This document shows, piece after piece, positions 24,645-36,915 of a stretch of 64,000 nucleotides of DNA. A program made the position numbers and the translations under genes. The notes beneath the pieces are model-generated. The model was given only the letters and a program-made list of their open reading frames with translations. It made no database searches and was not told the DNA's origin. Within the stretch, counting starts at the first letter, position 1; each line of letters opens with the position of its first letter. The stretch is from Eledone cirrhosa (lineage: Eukaryota), in NCBI GenBank assembly GCA_964016885.1, contig OZ024742.1:361026001-361090000 (forward strand). The letters run 5' to 3'.

Positions 24645-27394
24645 AAATATGGTTTTACAAAGAGTGCATGCTTCCATTTCCAAATCATCTTGTTTATGAA
24701 ATATTAATTTTTCCCACCATATTTACAGTTTTACTACAAGATTCCAATTCACAATCAGTAGGTTCTGTAGAATAATCACACAAAAGGAAAACTTATTAGT
24801 TTGTACTTGTATTGAACTGATCATTAAACATCAATGTCATCTTGATTCTTTTTGTTATGTTTGTCTCTACAGAAGTTCAATATTTCAATCCAAGTTGCTG
24901 AATAACTTCTTTTCAAATCAAATTATGATTTTAAATTTCTGGAGAGAACTTACTCCTGAAGAATGTATCTCATGTAAGTTTGGTAAAGTAATATGTATTC
25001 CATCAGAAAAATAGCTTCCTATAAAAATTGTTACTCCATTGGAATCTATATGGCATCATCATCATTGTTATAATCATCATCATCTAATGAAAATAATTGA
25101 CACTTGCTTCAGGTAAAGTGGCACATCCACAACACCTCTCATTCTATAATAAATATCTTACAGTCAACAGCACTTGTGACTCCAATATCTTTTATCAGAG
25201 ACATTATCAAGGTTTTAGAAGGATGCTTATATTCCATCCTCCCATGGGTTGGTTCCATATGACAAGTTAGTTCTTTAGTATAATATATTTATAGTAAATG
25301 TAGCTATTATTTCTCCTCTCTTCAGATGGGTCTAAATGCTGTCAATAGACTGTACTTGGCTCCACTATGCTAGAAAGAATAGTACATTAATGCTTATAAT
25401 ATAACAGAAAAGAATAATAGCAATGGAATTATGTGGTTTTAGATGAAATACAGAAGGAATGGCATTGGCTGAAAGCAAGGCTGGTCTGAAACTAAACACC
25501 AACAACATAGAAACATAGTATAATGTATGAAGAACACTGTTTTATAGTTTTACTGAAATTAATAAAAAACCTCACAGTGGATGCAACCTATTTAAAACAC
25601 TTAGCATAGATTAAGCTAAGGTCTACTCACACTACATTGTATATGAGATTCCATACTGAGATTATTCTCATGCTGAAATCATTTATGACGTTTGCAATAC
25701 AAATATTAGGAGAACAACTCTTTCATTCTATAAACAAGATAAAAGACTGAATCTATAGAGAATATCTGTAAATTAGGTGATATCCACATCACATCTCTGT
25801 TAAATAGCTGTATTATGATATCCACAGATCTGGTCACTGACCATCAATACAAATAGCCATAACCTTTAATCTCAATTAGTTATATACATAATCACAAGGT
25901 ATTCCAATGTAAGAGCTAACCAAAGATAATATCTATGTAGATGTTGATGTATACATGTAGGTATTTAGAAAGAATATCTCATATCAGAAGAGATTCATTT
26001 GTATTATTTTAGTATAAAATACTAAAGACACAGAGTTTTATATTTTAAATATGAAAGTATTCTGCTGAATTCCATTGATTTCTATTTACAAATTATTGGT
26101 TGATCCAAAATATCAAATAAAAGATATGAATCTTGTGGGACTACGGAGCCAGAAGTGCAGGGAAGATCTTAATGGAAGTCAGGGGTCGGTGTGGTCACAT
26201 CAAAAGTGCAGGCTGGGTCTCCCCCGTGGTTCATGAGGAGAGAGAGTGTGGATGTCCTGTGATGACGGGTATGAATGAGTGTGTAAGTTTTCCTATGTTC
26301 TTTGGCCAGATGCGAAACAGGTGAGCATCATGCAGGGAGATTCAGTCCGGACATGAGTGGAGATGCAAAGGTAGGTCCCTTTGCTTCTTACAAAAAATCT
26401 AGGTCCATATGGCTGAAAAGCAAGCATGTTAGCCACATAGCCTTCCTTGCACCCATATAAATTTGTTGCGTTATCACAATATAAAAATAAACACGTTAAA
26501 AGTAGTAAACGTATTTGTCATACAGAGAATAGCTAAGAATAAAAGGAATTGAATGCAGCATGGAAGAGAGATAACTGTGCAGGTATGGTCATGTGATGGA
26601 TAAAAGGAGACAGATTTGCATAAAAAAAAGAACAGATCCTCATGAAGGAGATAATATATGACTGAGCTAACTACTAATATACCCTAATAGAAAAGACCAG
26701 TTCACCGGTACAAGCATTCTGACACTAAAAGTAAATATGATTTGAACAGAGACTATAAGTTTCAACAAATCTTTAGTCTAAGTGAGCATGTGGAAGTTTT
26801 ATGATAAAATGCCTTAGTACACCCTGTAAAGTGTTAGCGCAATAATAATACACATCCACTCCCCTGAGTGAAGTGGGGGTGCAGATACCATGAAAAACTA
26901 CACTGAGTACACTGTGTAAATATATAGTGCAGATGCCATGAAAAAAATGCTCCCTGTACACTCTGAAAAGAGGTAGTGGTGGTGCCACAAATAAATGCTC
27001 CCAATGGAGTATGTGAGGTGATTAATATTAAGAATGCATGCCAAATATGGTATTAAGAGAAAAAGAAGGTTGATCTAACACATTTGGTCTCAGATGGAGA
27101 CAATAAGTTTAACCTATACCAACATGGAAAATGGGCACAAAAATAATGCTAAATAGAACATGGTCATTTGACACCCAGTAATATATGGGTTTAAATAGTA
27201 TTACAGTTAAATATTTTTTTAATTCATTTTGTAAAAGCAAATTGCAAAATTTGTAGATAGTGGACATAAATTGTAGATTAAACCAATTAAAATTAGTTAG
27301 TATTGTTACTTAGACACAAATTATTCCCGATTGAGACAAAATATAAACAAAGACTTCTAGCTGGTGCTACCCTATGTATATCTATATCTAGGAC

Positions 27395-27618
27395 AACCAC
27401 TGGACAGATTTCATGGGCAAAAGCAACTGGCAGATGACCCAGGAGTGAACCATGAGTAAGATGATTGGATAACATTTATGAGTTAGACTGGTCTTGCTTG
27501 GGGATCCAGCTGGATCAGTTGGAAGTGGTTGCTTCTGACAAGACCCACTGGAAGAAGTATTTGAGAACTCTGCCCTCTCGACCCTCTCAGGAATAAGTGA
27601 GTGAAGAAGAGGAAGATA
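27395..27618 (+). mobile_element. Old Rex3/Expander-like RTE 3' end (related copies ~39045-39275 -, ~44935-45060 -, ~46660-46990 +)
   Basis: Remnant GHVVRMSQE..ARQI..TGRRPR..LDNI..LGI..VASDR..W; shared GGAATAAGTG-GAAGA end. Confidence 0.6.
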
Positions 27619-28438
27619 ACCTTATCCAATGAGTCCTTTGTATTTTAAGACAATACGGTATGATTTAAAGGATTTCAACTTTTATTTCTAGCTGAATAAA
27701 AGTCAGCCTGCCAATTTCAACATAAACTGAGCTCACGATAGAGATACATCAATCTACATGAAAGCATAATTCAAAATAACAATTTTTTTGAAAAATTAGA
27801 ATTCTCAAAGCTTCTTACATTATCACAAAGACTCACATTTAAAGTGGAGGGTAGGTGTAAATGAGAGAGCACACCACATAGAAACCAACATGTTAAAACA
27901 GTTTACATAATGCCCCCCAGGTGTATTTCAGTTTGATGTTTCATCTTGCAAGCACAAAGACATGTACAGTATTTTAAAGAAAACATAGGATGAAAGGAAA
28001 ATGTAAAAATATTAGTAAGAATTCTGTGATTTATTTGAAAACCAACATCAAAAGATAATTTTCAAGAGAGAAATAATTCCACTGAGTATTTTGTGTGTTT
28101 AATACTATTCAATCTACACGTTTGAATTGATATTAAGTAAAATAAAACAATGATTTATGATGAGCCAATCTTTTAGATGTGCAATTATCAATTACTACTA
28201 ATGTCAGGAATAAAATGAAAAATTTATAAAAATTCCAATTGTGCATGTGAAAGGCAGTTTGGAAGATTGTCAAAATTACATCAAACTAATAAATATATTA
28301 TGTTCGACCACATGAAAATATATACACAACAACATATATTTGTAAAATCATTACAAAGAAACTTTTAAGCAGCTGTGCATAAATATGCATGTATATTTTT
28401 ATTAGGTTTGGTATATACAATCGCCCACCCCCTTCTCC

Positions 28439-28471
<33 letters not shown>

Positions 28472-28623
28472 TATACACACACACACACATGTATATATAT
28501 ATATATATACACACACACACATATATCCAAACCGTGCTAGCAGGGAAAATGGATGCTAAATAGTAATTATGATGACATTGCATAGACATACGTGTGTGTG
28601 TGTGTGTGTACATGCATAAACTT

Positions 28624-28672
<49 letters not shown>

Positions 28673-28782
28673 CACATATACACACAATGCTGTGTTAGTT
28701 TGGAAAATATAAATCATGTGCTTACCAATTATATAATCAATTTTTTATTGTTTGAAAACACTCAACCATACTATACAAAAGT

Positions 28783-29130
28783 ACACAGCTACCTGTATAT
28801 ACACAAACAGCTACCTACATGTACACAGTTAGCTACCTACATGTACATAGTTAGCTATCTACATGTACACAGATAGCTACCTACATGTACACAGAGAACC
28901 ACCTTCATGTACACAGCTACCTACATGTACACAGATACCTACATGTACACAGATAGCGACCTACATGTACACAGATAGCGACCTACATGTACACAGATAG
29001 CTACCTACATGTACACAGAGAACCACCTTCCTGTACACAGCTACCTACATGTACACAGATAGCGATCTACATGTACACAGATAGTGACCTACATGTACAC
29101 AGACAGCTACTTACATGTACGTAGACAGCT
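28783..29130. repeat. ~22-bp minisatellite (TACACAGATAGCTACCTACATG)n, ~15 degenerate units
   Basis: Directly visible. Confidence 0.9.
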
Positions 29131-29670
29131 GTCTATGTGCCTCGCCTAATAGAAAAATATATTATTATATAAATCCTTACAAATGTACTATCGTTTTTAT
29201 CATATTCCGTTTGGCTCTATGTAGGTAAATGCTAAATAAACATACATATATCTTTAATAGTCAATCATGCCAAGTTTGCTACACTATAGTTGGTACTATT
29301 GCTAATATAACACATTAGTATTTCTTTATATTTCTTTACATTTTGAACTTAAATCACACTAATGTTAGTTTTGCCTTTAATTTTTCAACTCTTGAGTGTG
29401 TGCTTCTGTGTTTGGTGAACCTGTCAACCACTTATATCTTGTCTATTTTCACTGACTTAAGTTTCCTATTATATATTTCTGTGTTCAGAATGATGCATGA
29501 CATAATTTTTAACAATTATTATGAGTCTGTAGTTGTTAGAAACTCTGGAGAATCAACCCATCTCTTGGTGCATTTTCTACCCATTAACAGCTTTGGGAAA
29601 GCTCTCGATGGTTATGTGAAAATCCCTTAGGATAGTCTGTTTTACTTTAGTAATGACTTAAAAGCTGCCA

Positions 29671-30050
29671 TCAATGGCAAATTATATGTATATCGAGTAA
29701 GCTACTGTTAATAGCATCATTCATCATTGTTGAAAACATGATGCTGAAGAGTATGAAATCGAGACAATAGCCATGCTTGATACGATTTTTGACTAGGATG
29801 CTGTTTGATACCTCCCTACCACCCAGTATACAAACCATCAGCTGATGTGTAACTGTTATACTACAGTAATGTACACACTTGGACAGCATATTTTCTCCAT
29901 GATCTTCCAGAAATCTGCCCTACTGATCGTTCTGAAAGCATTTATCAGGTCAACAAAGGGTAGAGTTTGTAGTACTATTTCTGACAATTTCCTTGCAGTT
30001 GAAGACAGCAAATTCATGTCTGCAGATCTATGACTGATATAACATATGTC
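29671..30050 (-). pseudogene. Decayed BovB-like RTE reverse transcriptase fragment
   Basis: FVDLINAFRTISRADFWKIMEKICCP and VKNRIKHGYCLDFILFSIMFSTMM resemble FVDLTKAFDTVSR..LWKI..K.GCP and V.NGVKQGCVLAP.LFS. Confidence 0.7.
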
Positions 30051-30054
30051 TAGC

Positions 30055-30628
30055 AACTCACTTGGTAAACACCCACAAAATTATTAACCATCTTGCCAAC
30101 AACAACCCTGGGTACCGTTTTGATTTCCATGTGTCTAACACACATTAGCATACCACCAAAGTCAGAAAACAGCACAGCTCCGATGACTTTCGGAAACATT
30201 TTTCACGCTCAGAGTTGCTGAAGCATGGAACAAACTACCTGCATCAGTTGTTAGCTGTTGGGACACTGCATCCTTTAAAACCTCCATGGAACAAACTACC
30301 TGTATCAGTTGTTAGCTGTCGAGACACTGCATCCTTTAAAACCTCCATGGAACAAACTACCTGTATCAGTTGTTAGCTGTCGAGACACTGCATCCTTTAA
30401 AACCTCCATGGAACAAACTACCTGTATCAGTTGTTAGCTGTTGAGACACTACATCCTATAAAACCTCCATGCTTCCTGAGATTCACCAACACTACACCTA
30501 CGACTCATACACTATTCACTTCCCTGACATTTCTATATTATTCATCTACTATACATGCACCTTTGATGAGTTGTAGTGCACCTGAGCACTGTACACAATA
30601 ATTTCATTATTATTATTATTATTATTAT
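30055..30628 (+). mobile_element. CR1-like LINE 3' fragment with (ATT)n tail and internal 4 x 61-bp tandem repeat (30224-30467)
   Basis: Remnant HKIINH...KVRKQHS.DDFRKHF.TLRVAEAWNKLPASVVSC.DTASFK; 3' UTR also at ~7573, ~42376, ~44213. Confidence 0.75.
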
Positions 30629-30789
30629 ATTGATATTACATTGAGTTGCAGATTGTTAAACAGATCATAAACCATGGTCCTACTTGTAATAGACTGGAGA
30701 AAAATATCTGAGTTATCTGTAAGCCTTGTTATAGGCAGGATTGGATTTAGACTTTGCAAGGCCTGGGGTGCCTCATACAAAGAAATTAG

Positions 30790-31238
30790 AATACATAGCT
30801 GCATGGTAGTGAGACATGGGTAGCAACTGCAGAGGATATGCAACGGTTGGAGAGAAATGAAGCAAGCATGCTCTGTTGGATGTGCAATGTCAATGCGCCT
30901 GAATAACCAAGCATAGATGAGTTGAGAGAGAAACTGAGTATAAGAGAGATAAGTTGTGGTGTGCAGGAGAGAAGACTGAGATGGTATGGACATGTGATGC
31001 GCATGGAGGATGACCACTGGGTAAAGAAGTGCCAAGAAATCCCAGTGGAAGGAAGAAGCAGTAGAGAAAGACCACAAAAAAACATGGGCGGAGGTGGTGA
31101 GAGCAGACCTCAGATCGCTGAAACTCATGGTGGAGATGACGAAGGACCGTGACAAGTGGAGAGATGCTGTGCTAAATAGGACCCATCCCACCCTTGCAAG
31201 CAGGGAAGCAGACGTAAAATGATGATGATGATGATGAT
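30790..31238 (+). mobile_element. RTE LINE 3' fragment, second family with very short 3' UTR
   Basis: LHGSETW...[22 protein letters not shown]; ends CCCACCCTTGCAAGCAGGGAAGCAGACGTAAAAT(GAT)n. Confidence 0.85.
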
Positions 31239-32299
31239 AGCAAATCACCTGAATTTTACATATCAAAGTTAGCTTAGCACAAGTAATTGAAATAGAAAAT
31301 TTCTACATACAGGTATTAAATTCAAAAATTATAACCAGCTGAGGGCACAAATAAATTGTAATTGCCATCACTGGTGGGCCATTCACTGCACGGAGCCCAG
31401 GGAGATTTCCCCCCTATGACCCCCCCCCCCCCCCCCCATTTAATCCGACCCTAGTTATAGGAGTACCTGCAAATAGTTAAATAGATAAACAAAGGCCCTA
31501 ATAGTGATGGACTAGAAAGAAATCTTTAAGTTATCAGTTATTTGCCAATCTTACCAATACCTTTTTTTTGTGTAAGTAATAAATGTCAATAACCTTATGA
31601 AAGATGATGCAAATAACTTGATTGTAGACAAGCTTCAATGCATCATAGAACTGTTTCATTTCCTGTTTGTCCACTTACTTATTAATCATGTTTAATGTTG
31701 CATTTGTTTGAAGCCTTGCTTGCAATATGTTTTAGATATGGATAAAGAATTTTTTTTTTATTTGTTGATAATGAAAAACTTTGATTGGAGTAAAGTCACA
31801 AATATTTATCAGCAACTAACATCCTTCTAAGTGCCTGGCTCAATGTATTTTAGATCAGATCAGTGGACATTGGCTTGGAAGAAAGCCCATAGTTCTCCAT
31901 GGTACTCAATAGATTCTGAATCCTGCTGTCCAGATATGTCAATATCAGTCACAATTATCTTATCTTTGGATTTAGAGACATTGAATATTTGACACACATC
32001 TCTGTCTTTGTGGGTTTCTCACATTTGGTTTTTATCTAATAATCTGTCCAACAATCAGCACTGCATATAAAAGGGCTGGTCATTTGATTGGTCAAAAAAA
32101 ATTATGATTCCATTTGTCTTTCCCCTACTGATGCTATCTGTCAGTTGCTACTTCTAGCAGAATCATCACTGTTTCTGGTGATAGGTGGTAGAACTTGTAC
32201 TCACAACACAGAAGTCCAGAACAATGGATCCAATGTACTTACTATTTAATCCATTGCATTAACCACTCTCACAATTCTCTCTCTCTCATATATATATAT

Positions 32300-32491
32300 A
32301 TAACAAAGGAAGTGTGGTAAGGAACCAGGTGGACCATAATGCACCAAGGTACTCGATACTTAGGGTAGTAGAGTGGGTAATAGGAAAATAGTCAGGACTC
32401 CGACAGCTGAGCTCCGGCCGTTTCAACAGCTAAGTCTGACCAAGCTGTCAAATCGGCCAGAGATCAGCCGTCGGGGTTCTGAATATGTCCC

Positions 32492-32492
<1 letters not shown>
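32300..32492. repeat. Short repeat ending in a long fold-back hairpin; inverted related copy at 49751-49877
   Basis: Shared GTGGTAAGGAACCAG.TGGACCATAA..CTC.ATACTTAG body; hairpin TCAGGACTCCGACAGCTGA/TCAGCCGTCGGGGTTCTGA. Confidence 0.65.
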
Positions 32493-32527
<35 letters not shown>

Positions 32528-32588
32528 TGTATGTATGTATGTATGTATGTATGTATGTATGTATGTATGTATGTATGTATATATACAT

Positions 32589-33580
32589 ACTGATATAACA
32601 CCTGCAACCCTGATGGTATCCAATGATGTTGACTTGTTCTTCTTTTTGGTAAATATCATCTTGGTTAAGAGAGTGGGACTGGCTTCGTGCAGAGCCTTTG
32701 CTCACTATAAAAGCTTCACGGCACAGGCATTGCTTTATATCTGGATATCTCTCTTCCCGTTTCATCACAGGGTACCAATGGGCCCAGCACTATATGTCAA
32801 TAATTGTCACAAGTATAGTGTTTGTACCAGAGTTTTCAAGTCGCTGGCTGGATTAAATAGTCACACTCGTTCAGCGCATCGGTAGGAGTTCTCTTACATG
32901 GATATAAAGTAGTGGCCGTACTCGAAAACGAGTTGGCAGCCACCACCATGTATGTATGGTCAGGTCACCAGTTGGTGCTACTGGTAACATGTATCCCAGT
33001 ACAACCTGTCTCATGGTCGAGTCGTTGGCGACTAAACTGGCAACCTCACCCAGGTTTCTTGGTGAGGAGGGTGACTTTTGACATCCTGCAGGACTAAAAA
33101 CAAAACCTGTCAAAGGGCAAAGGAGCTCTTAAGAGTCAATGACCATTCAAAATCACCGGGAGAGATGACCCCTTAGCTTTTGTCAAGGCAGAATTCTAGG
33201 AGAAGGAAAACTCTGATATAACACTAGCAACCCTGATGGTATCCAATGATGTTGACTTGTTCTTCTTTTTGGTAAATATCATCTTGGTTAAGAGAGTGGG
33301 ACTGGCTTTGTGCAGTGCCTTTGCTCACTATAAAAGCTTCACGGCACAGGCATTGCTTTATATCTGGAGATCTCTCTGCACTTGTCATCACATGGTACCA
33401 TGGGTCCAGCACTATGTGTCAATAATTGTCACAAGTGTATTTTTGTACCAGAGTTTTCAAGTCGCTGGCTGGACTAAAAAGTCATATTCGTTCAGCGCAT
33501 CGGTAGGGGTTCTCCTACATGGATATAAAGTAGTGGCCGTACTCGAAAACGAGTTGGCAGCCACCATGTATGTATGTATG
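32589..33580 (+). mobile_element. Tandem partial + full copy of a ~610-bp non-autonomous bipartite RTE-like element with (ATGT)n tail
   Basis: 32589-32958 duplicates 33213-33580; GGAGAAGGAAAACTCTGA RTE 5'-UTR-like motif; zinc-finger-like remnant SVCTRVFKSLAGLNSHTRSAHR*. Confidence 0.7.
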
Positions 33581-33829
33581 TTTGTTCTTCTGGTTTTATA
33601 ATTTCACAAAGTTTTACCAATAGAGAGAGAGAGTCGGTTTCTAACATAGACACAAGACTCTCTCATTGGAATTTACACAACATCAACTAGGTAGATATGT
33701 ATGTATGCATGCATGTGTAGATATGGATGTTATTGTATGTGTGAATGTGGATGTTTTGAGTTGTATGTGTGCATGTGCATATGCTTTGCATCTGTACATG
33801 TTTATATGAAGTTATTAGATGCAACATTT

Positions 33830-34905
33830 TGGGAATGTTTTACATATTTTTACTGTTCCATTAATGGATTGTACTTGTAATTTCCTAACTAGTTGTGTTC
33901 TTTCTGTTCCTGTGAAGCCTAGCTTTTCAAGATTTGTATTGATGCAGTTACTAACATACCCCATTGCCCCAATAATCACAGGCATAAATCTGAAGGTGGA
34001 ATCAGGGTGGAGTATCTGCAGATTTCACATCAGTTCTGCATAAATATTCTCCATTTCCCTAATCTTTGATATTATATTGGCATCTGCTGGGCAGCTAATT
34101 TCCACTACTGTGCATGGCTTTCTTTGCCCTGTCCCATATCATATCTGGTCTGTTATGCCTGCATTTTATTGGGGTTTTTACTGGAACATTCCACCAGTAC
34201 TCTTTCATATTATGTACATGGATGTCTTCCACATTGTTGTAGCTTTTAATGTGTTTATTATCGGGGCTATCTTTTTTACGAACTGCATTGTACAGTGTTT
34301 TGGCCACTACATCATGCCTCATAGGTAGATAGTACTGCAATGACATCTTTGGACAGCTGCTGATGACATGGGTGATATCCTCGATGTTAGTTCTACAGAG
34401 TCTGCACTTGTTATCACATCTAAGTGTTTTGCCTGCATCCCTATCTCTTTTGTGAATCAGGTATTTCGTGTTAATCTCCTGATTGCAAAAGCGTATCCTT
34501 CAAAGTGGGAGCCAATATAGCAGTTGTTAGTCCAAGATAGACTACTTTCCTTATCTTTATTACTCTCACTCTGGAGCTTCCTGGCAACATATCCATGCAT
34601 GATTTGTTGCTGATAAGCATGCCATTTTTCATCCATGGATTCACTGCGATACTGCTGAGCGACTTCCCTGGGTGTGAGTTTTTGATTATCACACAGGGAA
34701 TATCTCTCGAGGAGTTCCTTCCCAAGACTCATGATCTTATCTGTTTTATGCAGATAGACTTGCTCGAGAAACGGGTTCCTACGCTTCAAGGTTCGTAGAT
34801 GTTGTCGGCATCAAATGTTGTCTGGATTGATGTTAGGCCTCTGCCTCCCTGCTTACGTTTCAAGTAAAGGCGGTCTATGTCACTGTTTATGTGGAAGTTG
34901 CCGGT
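33830..34905 (-). pseudogene. Decayed R4/Dong-like non-LTR retrotransposon (CCHC knuckle + restriction-like endonuclease)
   Basis: CRLCRTNIEDITHVISSC, YLPMRHDVVA, WWNVPVKT..CRHNRPDMIWD, VEISCP, PVIIGAMG remnants. Confidence 0.8.
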
Positions 34906-35020
34906 GTATTTATGTATGTATGTATTTACAAAGGGCGGAAGAACTCATAAGCATCAATGGCCATCCAAAAATGTGTAAATATGTATATATATGTATGCAT
35001 GTGTATATATGTATATAATA

Positions 35021-36915
35021 TCATCATCATCGTTTAACGTCTATCTTCCACGCTAGCATGGGTTTAGGTGGGAATTGCCCCACATGAGGCAAGATTGGTT
35101 GCCTTGCTTGTATAGGACTGTCTGGTGGGTTTTCTACGGCTGGATGCCCTTCCTAACACCAACCACGTTTACAGTGTGGACTGGGATGTTTTTACCCTGT
35201 TACCTACACGGCCACATTACAGCCTGGACTGTGTGTTTTTTTTTGTCGTGACACCTACACGATCATTTATTTAGGCCTGGATGTTGTGACACCAACATAA
35301 CTTTACAGAGAAAGGGGTGGTGTAGATGGGGGTGGGGGTAGGGGTAGTGGGATGGGGTGTACTTCTGGTTAGGAGGTGCCTACTGACTATAGGTTTCGCT
35401 TTGTAATTAGGCAAGACGGGTCTTCTGTATTACTGTGTAGCACCAAAGATCTCGGTCCACTGACATTGTCTTGGAGAGGTGTAAGTGTGTAAGGTCAGAA
35501 TATATCAAATCGTCCCAGGTTTTTCTGGGTCTGCTTACTCCGTAGCTTCCATCTATTTTGATCGCCTTGCACTTTTTTATACAGCTGTCGTCTTTCATGC
35601 ACATCACGTGACCATACCAACAGTCTTCTCTCAAGTAAACAGCATCTGATCCCTCTTATTCCTAATTTCTCACTTAGTTCATTTATGCTTTGCCGTTCAC
35701 ACATTACACATCCAACAGAGCATGCAGGCTTCGTTCCTCTCCAGTCTGCGTAGATCCTCTGCACACAATGCCCATGTCTCACTGCCATGTAACATTGCTG
35801 TTTGTATGCAGGCATCATACAGTCTGCCTTTCATTTTTAGAGAGAAACCTTTAGTGGCCAATAGTGGTATAAGCTCTCTGAACTTTTTCCATCCTGTTCT
35901 GACTCTAGCTACTGTGCTGGTTTTGTCACCCAGGTAACGGAAGGTGTCCACGATTTCTGTAGAACCATCTGGGCAATGGAAGGAGCTAGTACCCTGTGGG
36001 CACTTGCTACTACTTATTGCACCTGAGCACCGGCCACATAAAAAAATCTATGTTCTTAGTTAGCTTACCTGTGATCCCACTACATCTTTTATGCACCCAT
36101 ACTTTGCATTTGGGACATGAAATGGAGTTTCTGCCTACTCCTTTCCTACACACTGAGCATGGCCATTTCCCAGAGGGGACCAGTGCCCTATTTTCTTTCC
36201 TACATACTAGAACTTTAGTCTTAGACATGTTAATTTTAAGGCTTTTTGATTCTCGGCCATGCTTCTAAGTTTGGAATTTCTTCTCTAGTTCTGCCATTGA
36301 TTCAGCTATGAGCGTTAAATCATCTGCGTATAGGAGTTCCCATGGGCAGCCAGTCTCCAACTCCTCTGTTATAGCATGAAGGGCAATAATAGGGGGGCTA
36401 AGGACAGAGCCCTGATGAACAACTTTTACGCTAAATTCTACACTATATTTGTTGTTAATTCTAATCATTCTGGGATCATAAGGCAGGCTATCATTAGGGT
36501 TATGCACATTGGAGAGGCAGAGCATACAAAAAAAGGGCTGTGACACTCTTTCACCAACTGACTGTTTCTTTATACATGGCTTGTATAGCTCTCACAAGCC
36601 ATTCATCAACACCTAGTTTTCTAAGGGCCCACCAGATAATGGAGCGGGAGACTCTGTCAAAGGCTTTCCAAGTCAACAAAAGCTAAGGAGAGGGTTTTAC
36701 TTTTAGCTAGGTACTTCTCCTGTAGTTGTCGTACAAGGAAAAGAGCGTCCGTGGTACTTTTACTTAACACACACCCAAACTGCATTTCATCTAGATCAAT
36801 TCGCTCTCTGATTAGTTGTGCTATAATTTTTTCTGTGACCTTCATGACCTGGTAAATTAATTTAATGCCTCTATAGTTTCCCATATCTAGGGCATCTCCT
36901 TTACCCTTGTAGCAA
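35021..36915 (-). mobile_element. Decayed 5'-truncated RTE LINE (sister subfamily)
   Basis: NYRGIKL, LLYADD, PHD-like finger and LHGSETW fragments with frameshifts; 3' UTR and (GAT)n. Confidence 0.9.

Noticed and set aside
26130-26390. GC-richer island with short ORF
   Set aside because: No recognisable motif; probably a decayed retroelement fragment that I cannot classify
32960-33110. HDV-like or twister ribozyme at the 5' end of the bipartite element
   Set aside because: Has CTAA-ACTGG and GGAGGG hints, but P1/P3/L3 or twister pseudoknots could not be assembled
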